A stretch of 41,845 bases of DNA from Octopus bimaculoides (lineage: Eukaryota), in the NCBI RefSeq assembly GCF_001194135.2, contig NC_069002.1, positions 30,308,773-30,350,617 on the forward strand. Reading direction: 5' to 3'. A program made the translations under genes and the position numbers. Shown here piece by piece: positions 12,168-25,577 of this stretch. The notes under the pieces are model-generated. The model was given only the letters and a program-made list of their open reading frames with translations, was not told where the DNA came from and made no database searches. How positions within the stretch are numbered: the stretch's first letter is position 1; each line of letters starts with the position of its first letter.

Positions 12168-12310
12168 TCCTGGGAAGTTATTATTGTGAATGTGTTTATG
12201 CTTGCTTATATGTATGTGCATGTGTTTTAATATTACTGTTATTATTATTATATATTATATTATATCATATACACATATGATTAATATGTGTGTATATATA
12301 TATATATCTT

Positions 12311-12360
<50 letters not shown>

Positions 12361-13527
12361 TATATTATATTATATTATATTATATTATACATATAGTGTG
12401 TATATATATTGTATATATATTATGTATAGATATTGTGTGTGTATATCTATACATACATATATGTGTGTGTGTATGTGTGATATTTATACACACAGGCGTT
12501 TGTGTGTACTCAGAGAAGAAAAATGCACTCCATACATGTAAGAGAGTAATTAATTTCTCAAAGCAGATGGTTCTTTCCTTGAGGACTCCTAGTTTCTTGG
12601 CTTCTGTGTGTTCATTCGTTCAATAGACAAGAGAGTAAGCGGAAGAGAGTGAGAGGAACAGAAAGAGATAGAGACAGACAGATAATTAGACAGAGAGTGT
12701 ATATATATATATATAATTCTCAGCTATATAATTCTGTCCTTTACTTATCTTCTCCCAGATAAACACAGGCTTGAACACAGGACCACAAATTCCCAAATGA
12801 CAGACAACAGTTCAAGGTTTGTCTCCTTTTATTTTTATACATTTCTTCTCATTTTGTTGGATTTTTTGATATTTCCTTGGCATTTTTTCTTCTCTTACAG
12901 TTTCTCAATTTTTTTTCAATAAAATAGCATCAATGTTACCACTATATTCTTTTCCGTCCAATTTCATATATGAATAGCCCAGTAATTCTGTAGGTCAGTA
13001 ATTCCATAGTTCCGTAGTTCTATAGTTCTACAATTCCATTGTTCTGTTATTCTGTAATTCTGTAGTTCTAAAGTTCTGCTATAGACCTTTAGTCTTTTCG
13101 TTCTATGGTTAATCTAACTCTTTTTATTCTGTAATACTGTAGTTCTGTAGTGAACTTCTATTCTGTAGATACAGAATATCTTTTGCAAAGAAGAGAACAA
13201 GGGAAAGAAAATAAATGAATAAAAATATAAATAAATAAATAGTCTTGTCTGCCTCTAGCAACATTTCACACACACACACACGCACACACACACGTATGTA
13301 TGTATGTATGTGTGTGTATGTGAGTGTGTGCATGTATGTATGCGTGCTTATGCGTTTGTATGTATTTATGTATATTTGAAGGTATACTGTGTGCATGTGT
13401 GCTTGATTGCATGCACGTGTGTGTGTGTATGTGTGTGTGAGTGCGCGCGCGTTTTGCTAGTGGAAAAAAAGTCAAACAAAACAAAATGCAAGAGAAGATA
13501 ATTGCAGAGACCAGAAAAGTAACATGC

Positions 13528-13568
<41 letters not shown>

Positions 13569-13651
13569 CACACACACATACACACACACACTAACATACA
13601 CAAACAGACACATACATACATGCACTCATATGTATAATGTGCATATGTGAA

Positions 13652-13685
<34 letters not shown>

Positions 13686-14177
13686 GTGCATGTCACTATT
13701 AATGGTCTTGGCACTGAAGGGAGAAAACAGGAAGAACCACCACCACCACCATCACCATCATCATCATCACTATCAACATCATTTCCCACCACCACCTTCA
13801 TACAACTCCTACCCTCGACCCCGCCACCGACTCCACTTTCGACACCCCCACCCCCACCACCACCACTACAACTACAAAAGATTTTCCGAATGAATGAATT
13901 AATAGCCACTTATGGCATTAATGTCAATGGCAACCAGTGTATGTTATGTATGGATGCATGTGTGGGTGGATGGTTGGATGTGTGTATGTGTTTGTGTATA
14001 TATCTAATATATATATATTTATATGTGTGTGTGTATGTATGGTTTTATGTATGTATAGGTATGTGTTTGTATGTACTTATTTATGATTGAATGCATACAT
14101 ACACACGCACAATGTATATGTGTGTGTATGTATGTATATATGTATGTATGCATGTACATGTCCAGACACATACACAG

Positions 14178-14466
14178 CTGATATCTTGAGTATTGAGGCG
14201 ATGGTGCACAAGCAACGGTTACGTTGGACTGGACACCTTATTAGACTGAAGGATAGCAGGATTCCTAAGCAGATGCTATAGGGAGAACTTGTGAATGGAA
14301 GGAGACTCCGACAGAAACCAAGGCTGCGCTTTAAGGACTGTGATATGCAGGACACTGACTGGGAGAACAATGCCTGTCATCGCCACAGATGGTGGAAGCA
14401 GGTTAAGGAGGGGATCAACACTTTTGAGAGAGCACGTATCCAGCATGAAGAACTTAAGCGAGCTGT
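14178..14466 (+). mobile_element. RTE-type LINE ORF2 3' fragment
   Basis: ILSIEAMVHKQRLRWTGHLIRLKDSRIPKQML*GEL..KPRLRFKD..WENNA..R.RW..VKEGINTFE. Confidence 0.85.
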
Positions 14467-14811
14467 GCAAAAAATATATATTTGTGTGTGTGTGTGTGTG
14501 TGTGTGTGTGATTGTATAAGTATATATATAATTTAAACTTATATATATATATAGAAGGTGGAAGATATGAGAAGGTTTATTGATCACTACAACTGTTTGG
14601 ACCCATCTAGCATTGATCCCTTATGGGTGGGATACTGAACATCTGGTTTTGGTGTATCTGTTGGTGTAGATGTGTCTCCTCAGGTGGTTACAAAATATAT
14701 CTCACTAAGATGATGTCTGTTCTGCAAGATTTCTTCTTGGAAGGCATATACGAAAGCAGTAAATTAAAGGAGACAGCTTCATTATTATAGAAGATTAATA
14801 ACAAATATCAG

Positions 14812-15098
14812 ATATTTCGTTGTGTCTGGGGAGAGTCATTCTCTTTTGGTGCCTTATTATTTGACACACTCACCGGTAAAGTTTCCACTCATTTACTTAT
14901 TTATTTTTCCTAAAATTTTCGTTGTGTCTTGCAACCTTTTCAGATAATGGACAGGGTCAACAACTATTGAAAAGATTGCAAGACACAATGAAAATTTTAG
15001 GAAAAATAAATAAGTAAATGAGTGGAAACTTTACTGGTGAGTGTGTTAAATAATAAGGCACGAAAAGAGAATGACTCTCCCCAGATGCAACAAAATAT
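14812..15098. repeat. Inverted repeat, 131-bp arms, 25-bp spacer
   Basis: 14812-14942 is the reverse complement of 14968-15098, with about 8 mismatches by eye. Confidence 0.92.
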
Positions 15099-15668
15099 GC
15101 TTCAACACACGAACTCACATAAAGAATCTGGCAAACCGAATCCAAAAATGAAGTAAAATATCAGATAGAAAAAGAAACAAATACACAAATACAGCAAAAA
15201 AAGTATTATATGTAACCATTCGTAGAAGTAGATGTGCAGACATCCTCACTTACATAGTTTGGTGCAAACTTACAAGAGGACATAAGCACATGGTTTGGTG
15301 CTCATATGCTATCCCAGTGAATTAAACAGATATTAACCCATTTTAACCCAGGTTAACCCTGTCGAAATTTTGATGATAGTTATACGAATAGGGATAACAA
15401 AAGATATGGAAGTACCCAGTTAACCTTTATTGCAGTAAATAAACCAAACACAATGATTAAACAAATACAACAAGCCCTGTTTTGCGTCCAGTTAAACTCT
15501 ATTGAAGTAAGTAAACCAAATACAACTGTCCCCAAATGAGGACGGTGGGTTAACATGGGTTAATGAACTCAGTGCCTAAAAGTGGCTAATGACACAACAC
15601 CGCTTGGTGAGGAGACACAGATTCTGTGGTGGGGTTCACGAAGTCTGGCTGATATACTTATCGCATCT

Positions 15669-15770
15669 CAGATTGGAGCCTGGTGTAGCCATCCGGTTTC
15701 ACCAGTCCTCAGTCAAATCGTCCAGCCCATGCTAGCATGGAAAGCGGACGTTAAACGATGATGATGATGA
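15669..15770 (+). mobile_element. 5'-truncated RTE-associated 3' end with (GAT)n tail
   Basis: Near-identical to 18884-18998 and 32878-32980. The same tail follows RTE ORF fragments at 20220-20630 and, across a gap, 32471-32980. Confidence 0.75.
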
Positions 15771-16495
15771 CTTGTAGAGTCATGAATATGTACATAAATA
15801 CAGACATAGTAGATGTCTATTTTTTGTATGTATGGCTAATGAAATAACCAATAGCCTATAGAAAATATTAATACCAGCATAAAGACCACCAGTGTAGATT
15901 TTGATCGTGTGGTGAGTTGTACTTATTGAGAGGCTAAAGTTGTTATTCATCTCACATTAATCAGTATACAATGGCCATGGAGAACCATAGTGATATTGTT
16001 AACTAGTGTAGCATTGTGTTTATAAGAAAGGAGAGGTTACGGGTAATTCATCCATACATTTATGTAAATCATGGTTATTAATTTGGTCAATGGTTACTCA
16101 AATTCGTTCCCACTGCACTGTGCGAAAGTGCAAAGATAATCTAACAACAAGTTAATAAGAAGTGTACTTCCTGATATAGAAGAGGGCAATCGACAGAAAA
16201 ATATGGACAGATAAACAGAGAGATAAATAGAATGATAGACATATAGATAAGAGCAGGGGATAGGGGAGGTGATATGGGTGGGGGGGAACGGCATAGGGGA
16301 GGTCACATGGGTGAGGGAGGGGATGGGGTAGGGAAGGTGGAGGGGTAGGAGAGGTGACGAAGGTGGGGGTAGCAATGGTGGTAGAGATTTGGCACCCAGA
16401 GAGGTCTTCAGTGTAAGTGGCCTAATCCTAGGTAACGTCATGTAACTGTAGACACACAATAAATGTTTATGTATGTAAATGTATATATATATATG

Positions 16496-16534
<39 letters not shown>

Positions 16535-17254
16535 NNNNNNNNNNNNNNNNNNNNNNNNNNNNNNNNNNNNNNNNNNNNNNNNNNNNNNNNNNNNNNNNNN
16601 NNNNNNNNNNNNNNNNNNNNNNNNNNNNNNNNNNNNNNNNNNNNNNNNNNNNNNNNNNNNNNNNNNNNNNNNNNNNNNNNNNNNNNNNNNNNNNNNNNNN
16701 NNNNNNNNNNNNNNNNNNNNNNNNNNNNNNNNNNNNNNNNNNNNNNNNNNNNNNNNNNNNNNNNNNNNNNNNNNNNNNNNNNNNNNNNNNNNNNNNNNNN
16801 NNNNNNNNNNNNNNNNNNNNNNNNNNNNNNNNNNNNNNNNNNNNNNNNNNNNNNNNNNNNNNNNNNNNNNNNNNNNNNNNNNNNNNNNNNNNNNNNNNNN
16901 NNNNNNNNNNNNNNNNNNNNNNNNNNNNNNNNNNNNNNNNNNNNNNNNNNNNNNNNNNNNNNNNNNNNNNNNNNNNNNNNNNNNNNNNNNNNNNNNNNNN
17001 NTATAGACATGCCCACGTACAGAGATAACACATACACACACGCACACGTACACACACAAACACACACACACCACCACCACCACCACCACCACCACAACCA
17101 GTCTCCCCCACCACGCCTACGCCCCAACAACACCCACCCCACCCACCGCACCCCCACCGACACACAAGCACTTAGGACTCCTTCCTCGCCTCATGTTTCG
17201 AAGTGTGATCACGTAGCGATAGAGGGTCAACAACGATAAACTCTTGCGTCAAAC

Positions 17255-17340
17255 ATGGTAGACTTTGTCCGCGTCCGGTCTGCCCTGCCCCGTCACCAGG
17301 GGGCAGTTCCCATTTTGCGTGAAGGAAGTCAATTGCCAGG
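17255..17340 (+). CDS. MIP gene exon 1
   Basis: aaacATG GTA.. encodes [28 protein letters not shown](G). Donor CCAGG|GTGAGT, phase 2. Confidence 0.8.
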
Positions 17341-18996
17341 GTGAGTTGTATTTATGCTGATATCCCATAGAAAGGGTGTATAGTCCTTGTTATTCATGCT
17401 ATACACACTCACACATACATGTGTGTCCATGCACATATTCATGTGAACACACACATACAAACACACAAGCATGTATGTATATGTTTATATATATATATAT
17501 ATATATATATATNNNNNNNNNNNNNNNNNNNNNNNNNNNNNNNNNNNNNNNNNNNNNNNNNNNNNNNNNNNNNNNNNNNNNNNNNNNNNNNNNNNNNNNN
17601 NNNNNNNNNNNNNNNNNNNNNNNNNNNNNNNNNNNNNNNNNNNNNNNNNNNNNNNNNNNNNNNNNNNNNNNNNNNNNNNNNNNNNNNNNNNNNNNNNNNN
17701 NNNNNNNNNNNNNNNNNNNNNNNNNNNNNNNNNNNNNNNNNNNNNNNNNNNNNNNNNNNNNNNNNNNNNNNNNNNNNNNNNNNNNNNNNNNNNNNNNNNN
17801 NNNNNNNNNNNNNNNNNNNNNNNNNNNNNNNNNNNNNNNNNNNNNNNNNNNNNNNNNNNNNNNNNNNNNNNNNNNNNNNNNNNNNNNNNNNNNNNNNNNN
17901 NNNNNNNNNNNNNNNNNNNNNNNNNNNNNNNNNNNNNNNNNNNNTATATATATACATATATATATACATATATATATGTATATATGTGTTTGTATATATA
18001 TATATATATATGTATATGTATGTATATATGTATATATATATATATATGCATATATACATACACACACACACACCTACATATCAACATATGTGTGTATGTG
18101 GGTAATATTTATATACATGCATATGTATATATGGGGCATCATACAAAACCTAAAACAATGTGAAGCGTACTGTGACCAGTGATGTATAACACCATCAGCT
18201 ATTCTTGTTGCTCATGTGATTAGTGTGTGTGTGTGTGTGTGTGTGCGTGTGCGTGTGTGTGATAAGGTGAAGACACATAGCTTGCTATCTGAGACCAATC
18301 TAAGTTACTAATTATAGAAACACAAATATTTCTCTTACAAATCTTCCACACTAAACATTGCACTCAATAATCAAATTTTCAATATCACAAAAGTCACTCA
18401 GTTCAATCGTTTCACCCCTTTCTGTACAAACCTGCCCAAAACCACCCCTTCTATGATACAAATTCAATGTTTTAAAGGGATCTGAATTAAAACCATCCAT
18501 CAAAATTCCATGTTATATTCTTTACCAAATTCTTCATTATTTTCAAAACTAATTGAAACAAAGGTAGCACATTTTAACAACAATATGGTAACTAAAGGGT
18601 TTAAAGTAATCTAAATTAAAACCATCTTTCAAAATTTAATGTTTCTTTGTTCCAAATACCAGGTTAATAATGACAGTTTTGTTGACTAATTTCTTCACTA
18701 TATTCAAAATTCTTCAATGTGTGGTAAGGAGCTTACTTCCCAAACACATGGTTCCGGGTTCAGTCCCACCGCATGGCATCTTGGGGAAGTGTCTTCTACT
18801 ACTGCCTCGGGCCGACCAAAGCTTTGTGAGTGGATTTCGTAGACGGAAACTGAAAGAAGCTTATCATGTATATATATATACATTAGACTGGAGCCTGGTG
18901 TTGCCATCCGGTTTCACCAGTCCTCAGTCAAATCGTCCAACCCATGCTAGCATGGAAAGTGGACGTTAAACGATGATGATGATGATGATGATGATG

Positions 18997-19028
<32 letters not shown>

Positions 19029-22000
19029 TAAATGCGCCCTTTTAAAGCCTAGCCAGGCTCATGGGCCCGGTTTCCCAGTTTCAATGGCGTATGTGTTCTC
19101 CAGCTGGACGGGACGCCAGGCCATCAGAGTGTTACTCATTTTTGCCAGTTGAGTGGACTGGAGTAACGTGAAATGAAGTGTTTTGCTCAAGAACACAACG
19201 CGTTGCCCGGTCCAGGAATCAAAACTACAATCTTACGATCATGGCGCTGACACCCTAACCACTAGGCCACATGCCTACAGATATTTATCGAGAGAGATAT
19301 AGATATAGATATATATAGGTATATGTTTGTCCCTCCCCCCATCGCTTGATAACTGATGTTGGTGTGTTTGCGCAGGTTCAGCAAAAGAGAGCAACAGAAT
19401 AAGTACTAGGCTTACAAAGAATAAGTTCTGGGATTTATTTGTTCAACTAAAGGTGGTGCTCCAGCATGGCTGCAGTCAAATGACTGAAACAAGTAAAAGA
19501 ATAAAAGAATAAATTAATTGAAAGAAGAGCAGTGTATTTCAACAGAAATATGGTAACAAAAGAGTTAAACCATTTTGATTCCAGCCTGTCTGAGGCTGCC
19601 TCTTGTTCTAAGATATGTGCTTCTTGTTTTGAATTAATCTAAATTAAAATCTTCCTTCAGAATTTTATGTTCTTTTGTTCCAAAACACTGGGTGAATAAT
19701 GACAAAGTTATTTCACAAAATTCTTCATTAATTTCAATCAATTGAAATGGAGGCAGTATATTTTGACAGAAATATGGTAATAAAAGGGCTAAAATGATCT
19801 AAATTAAAACCTCCCCTCAAAATTTCACATTCCTTTGTTCCAAACACTGGCTTATTAATAACTAAATTCTTCATTATTTTTAAAAAATTAACCAAAATAA
19901 ATGCAGTGTATTTTAACAGAAATATGGTAACAAAAGGGTCAAATAACTATTACAAGGTCACCGTTCTATTGGGTAAGGAATCTCCGTCATTCGAAAATGG
20001 CAATTCAGTTGTTTGATGAAGCAAATCACTTGTTCATTAACATGAATTAACATATGAGTGGTTGTGGTTGAGTATTCCACAAACGTGTCAACCCTTAACA
20101 TAATTCTGAAACAAAATCAGCATTTTACAGCATGCAGCAAGGTTGTACCTTTTGTATAACAGGTACAATCCATTCAATGAGCTTCTATACAGTTTCCGTC
20201 TACTCAGTTTCATTTACAAGGCATAAATTAACATGAGTCTATAGGAATATGACATTTGTTCAAGATGACATGCAGCAGGACAAAGTATGGAAGGGTGATC
20301 TCAAAACACTGAGCCTTACGAAGGAGACAGCAGGGGACCAGGAAAAGTGGTGCATTGCTGCACTCAAGAAGCCCTGCCCACCACAACAGAATTGAAATCC
20401 TAAAACCAAGGTGCCACGTAAAAAGCACCAGAGCTGGTGTCATGTAAAAGAGCACCCTGTACACTCTTTAAAGTGGTTGGCATTAGGAAAGGCATCCAGC
20501 CATAGAAATCATGCCAAAACAGGCAATGGAACCTGATGTGGTCCCTGGCCTTGCCAGTTCTTGTCAAGTCATCCAACCCATGCCAGCATAGAAAACGGAC
20601 ATTAAATGCTGCTGCTGCTGATGATGAATATGATAGGTAGGATAGAACCTGAGACCTTGTGGTTGTGAAGCAAACTTCCAAGCCATTTAGCCACACTGAA
20701 CTTACTGTGTTGGGTACAGATAGGCAAGTATATAGAAAGCGATTAACATGACAGCATTGGATTAATGGATAATATTTTAAACCATTTCTTAAGTAACTAA
20801 TACTAAGTGAGTTCTGAATAAACACATACTGTTAGTTATATCTGTGTGTATTTGGTCTGTCTTCAAAATTTGGTTCACTGTAAGATAAAGATAATATCTA
20901 GCAAGATTAAGTCTAAATGAGAAAAGTCTGCTAAATAATGTTAGATAATCTGACAACTTTGTTATGTCTGTCATTCTATTAGCTTCTAATATCCTAGGGG
21001 TGACTTTAAACTGTATCTAGTTGAAGGGCCCTGGTTTGGGAGACAACAGGAAGGGAAGACAACAGGAGGGGAAGACAACAGGAGGGGAAGACAACAGGAG
21101 GGGAAGACAACTGGATGGGAAGACAACAGGAGGGGAAGACTTGTCCCATTTATTTGTCCCGTTTTCCATTTTTTCCTCTCGTTGTTTGCGTATTTAACTT
21201 TTATTACCTTTGTAATAGACTTTATACTTGAACAATAAGCATACAAATTTGTCAGGTGTTTAAATATTATTCAATGCTTTATTTTTTAAAAATTTTGCAG
21301 TTACAAAGGCTACATTCCCCAGCTGAAGTACAGATTTGGTGATACATATGGAAAGACAACTCATAAAATTGCAAAGGTTCAGTATGTGTGTGTGTGTGTG
21401 TGTGTATGTATTTATATCTATCTATCTATCTAACTATATATATATATATATATAGATATATATAAAGTTATATATATAAAGAAATATAGTATGATAGAAT
21501 TTATTTAATCATTGGCAATTCTTATATCACAACAATTGTTTCGCAACATAAAACATACAAAGATAATTTATTTTATTATATTTTAGAATAAGTAAATTAC
21601 TTACATGTCAGCATTAATAAAAGCAAACTTTAAATTAATGCAGATATTAAGCTAGCTCATCAGGTGAGGGAAAATAAAATCCATGTTAAACAATGATCCA
21701 TCAACATAGCGTTTCAAGAATGCAAGGTCAGTATTTAAAGATGGAACCTTAAGGGTTTGATAGAATGATACATCAAGGAATACCACCAGATTAGTTGCAT
21801 CCATATAGTGTGACTGAAATGTGTGTGTGTGTGTATGTATGTACATATGCATACATACATGTATACATATCCATGTACATATATATACACGCATAAAAGA
21901 ACGAAACAGGTAGTAATAAACGGTCAACAACTGAGGAGGAGTTAGGCTTCTTTTGGTATTTTGTCCTGTACTTGTCTCTCGTGTATTTACATCTTTTTTC

Positions 22001-23251
22001 ACTTGTTGGTGATGTCCTGTACTTAATGTGTATTTTTCATGTATATATATATATTGGAAGGTTTGGAGGTGATGTACAGGAATTATACATTAGAAAAAAT
22101 AATAAGGTACTCAGATATCTGGATGATTGTACATTTACAGATTTATATTAATATGTCACATGTTTTATAAAATATTAGCGCTTGCACCTATTCTACATAT
22201 TTGAAGAACCTACAAGAATAGGTGCAAGCGCTAACATTTATAAAACATGTTACATATTAATAAAAATCTGTAAATGTACAATCATCCAGATATCTGAATA
22301 CCTTATTATTTTTTCTAATATATATANNNNNNNNNNNNNNNNNNNNNNNNNNNNNNNNNNNNNNNNNNNNNNNNNNNNNNNNNNNNNNNNNNNNNNNNNN
22401 NNNNNNNNNNNNNNNNNNNNNNNNNNNNNNNNNNNNNNNNNNNNNNNNNNNNNNNNNNNNNNNTGTGTGTATATAAGGTGGCCCAAAGTACCTTTACAAT
22501 TATTCAACTATCTCTTTTGCATTCATATATTAACGGTTTGGAGCTTAACTGTATAAGAAATATGAAACCATTATTCTATGCTAATTTAGTTAATTTTGTC
22601 AAGATCCCTTTTCAGTTTGTAAGACAGAAATTTAAATGTAATAAAATGTTTTAAAAGAAATTCAAAGTGCTTACATAATAACTGTAACCCTACTTTTGAG
22701 CCACCCTTTATATATATATATATATATTGCAGTTGGCAGTATATAAGACATTTTCATGTAAGATGCACTTTTGTTTTACAAGTATATTTTGGGGGATAAA
22801 AAAACAAATTTTATTTGTTTTCTCATAGATTTATTGAAAAATATTTTAAAGTGGTTTCTCTCTTCCTCTCTGCACCCCTCCCTTTTCCCTCTCACTCTCT
22901 CTCTTTCCCCCTCTCTCTCTCTCTGTGATTGCCTAAACATGACAGAGTGTACAAGGTGTCAATCGTCTCAACAAACAAATGAAAAAAAATAAAGAACTGT
23001 TAACTTAGCAACCATTTTTCTCTATTTCCTATTTCCTTTCTTATGCTGTCGTCTATGACTCTCCAGGAGATTGAAGAGTCACAATGGAACTCTTGTACTG
23101 AGAGGTCACGTATGGACTTGACACCTTTTCAGGCTTCTAACCCAGGTGAGATGGCACAACTGAAAGAGGACACTCAAGACGTTGTCAAATCTCAACTCAT
23201 AACTGGATACACAGGTATGCCACTCTGTATTCTCCCCTCTCTCTCTCTCTG

Positions 23252-23313
<62 letters not shown>

Positions 23314-24820
23314 GGTCTATCTGTCTATCTATCTATCTTTGTGTGTATATATATATATATATATCATTTTTCATTTTCATTTTATCTAGTTTCAGCTCAT
23401 GAGCTGTGGCCATGCTGGGGCACCGCCATTATATATATATAGATAGATAAATAGATAGATAGATAGATAGATATATATATGTATGTATGTATGTATACAC
23501 ACACACACAAACACATACATACATACATACATACATGCATACATACATACATACATACATAACATATATGCATGTATAAAGTTAAATAATGAGGGTAGAA
23601 ATTAATATTAAACACAACTGGGACCCTAAGTAAGGCATGTGTAAAATTTGAATGAAATTGGTTGTGTAGATCTGGAGTTTTAGGGATTCATACAGACACA
23701 CAGAGAGACAAACATTCTCATTTATATATATATATATATACGCTCTTTAATGCTTTTGTTTCAGTCATCTGAATGTGGCCATGCTGGAGGACTTATTTCT
23801 TAAGCCTAGTATTTATTTTATCTGTCTTTTTTGCTGAACCACTAAGTTACGAGGATGTAAACACACTACCACCTGTTGTGAAGTGGTGATGGGTGTACAA
23901 TACAGACACAAAGACACACACACACATTGATACATATATATACATATACAGCGGGCTTCTTGCAGTTTCTATCTACAATATCCACTTACAAAGCTTTGGT
24001 TGCCCCAAGGCTATAGTAGAAGACACTTGTCCAAGGTGCCATGCAGAGGGACTGAACCCAGAACCATGTGGTTAGGAAGCAAGCTTCTTACCACATAGCC
24101 ATGCCTGTAAATATGTACATATAATTTACAATATATCTATCTCATACTTTTAGGGTATATACCAAAATTATCATTTATATACGGAGATACTTATCCAAAA
24201 GGATCTGGGATTTCCATGAATATTTTCAAAACTGAACAAAAAGAATACAGACTCAAGCAGTCTCTTTTGGAGAAACAAACCAGTCTTCAATCTCCGTTGA
24301 CACCAATTACTTCAGAAGAATTGATAGAAAACAAACTTCGTGAATTCATTGGTAATCGCTCAAAGAAAACTTTTGCAAGTATGTTTCATTTATATATGTA
24401 TGTATTATTTTTCTCTCAATGGTTTTGATAAACCTTACTTTTGAATTAATTATGTATCTTAACCTTTTAGCATTCACATTATTCCGTCAAAAGCAAAAGG
24501 GAATGTGGAGTCTAAGAACAGAAACAATTCCTATTATAAAAGGTGCATTAGGTATGATAAAAAAATATTCAGACAAATACATAACAAAAACACTAGGACT
24601 TACAAGTATATATAACATACAGAAAATAGCACTACTGGGCACTGCACACATCCTACGTAAAACACTTTCAATACAGTAACCATAAGAGCATCACAGCAAA
24701 CCACAGCACAAAGGCAAAGTCGACCTCAGCAGAGTTTGAACTCAGAACATAGTGATGGGCAAAATACCATGAAGCATTTTGCCAGATGTGCTAACGATTC
24801 TGCCAGCCCACCGCCTAATG

Positions 24821-24862
<42 letters not shown>

Positions 24863-25483
24863 GTAATAATAATCCTTTCTACTAAAGGTACAAGGCCTGA
24901 AATTTTGGGGGGAGGGGGTAAGTCGATTACATTGACTCCAGTGTTTCACTGGTATTTAATTTATTGACGCCGAAAAGATGAAAGGCACAGTTGACCTCGG
25001 TGGAATTTGAACTCAGAACGTAAAGACGGATGGAATGCCTCTAAGCATTTTGCTTGGTGTGCTAATGATTCTGCCAGCTCAGCGCCTAATGATAATAACA
25101 ATTACAATACACTCAACAGATTAGGCTGTTGGAAAAGAAAAGAATCCTAACATCGGGCTACAACAAGTAACCTGAGATGCCAAGAACCCTCCTAAGTATC
25201 CTAGCTCTCCCTAATAACACTGTTTTCTGCAGCTGTACTAAACTGGGTTTTATGCCTATTTCCTCTGTCCCTCTGTTCAGATCTTTACGGATAGTTCCCA
25301 ATGCACCTATGACAACTGAGATACATTTTACCTGCTCTTTCCATAGTCTCTGTAATTCAATGGCTAGGTCCTGGTACTTTACTATTTTTTCTATACCTTC
25401 TATTATTATTATCATTATTATTATTATTATTAACCTCACTGTCCCTCTATGTTTTGTGTTCAGCCCTGGTGGCCAATAAAGAA

Positions 25484-25577
<94 letters not shown>

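Noticed and set aside
16250-17160. G-rich block left and C-rich block right of a gap, as a possible long inverted repeat or G4 pair
   Set aside because: Only low-complexity complementarity is visible, and the intervening sequence is unknown.
17200-17254. Forkhead-like GTCAACA / GTCAAACA just upstream of the MIP ATG
   Set aside because: These 7-8-mers are common by chance in AT-rich DNA. No full X-box is present here.
21039-21140. Direct repeats as a possible CRISPR array
   Set aside because: They are contiguous tandem units with no unique spacers, in a eukaryotic intron.
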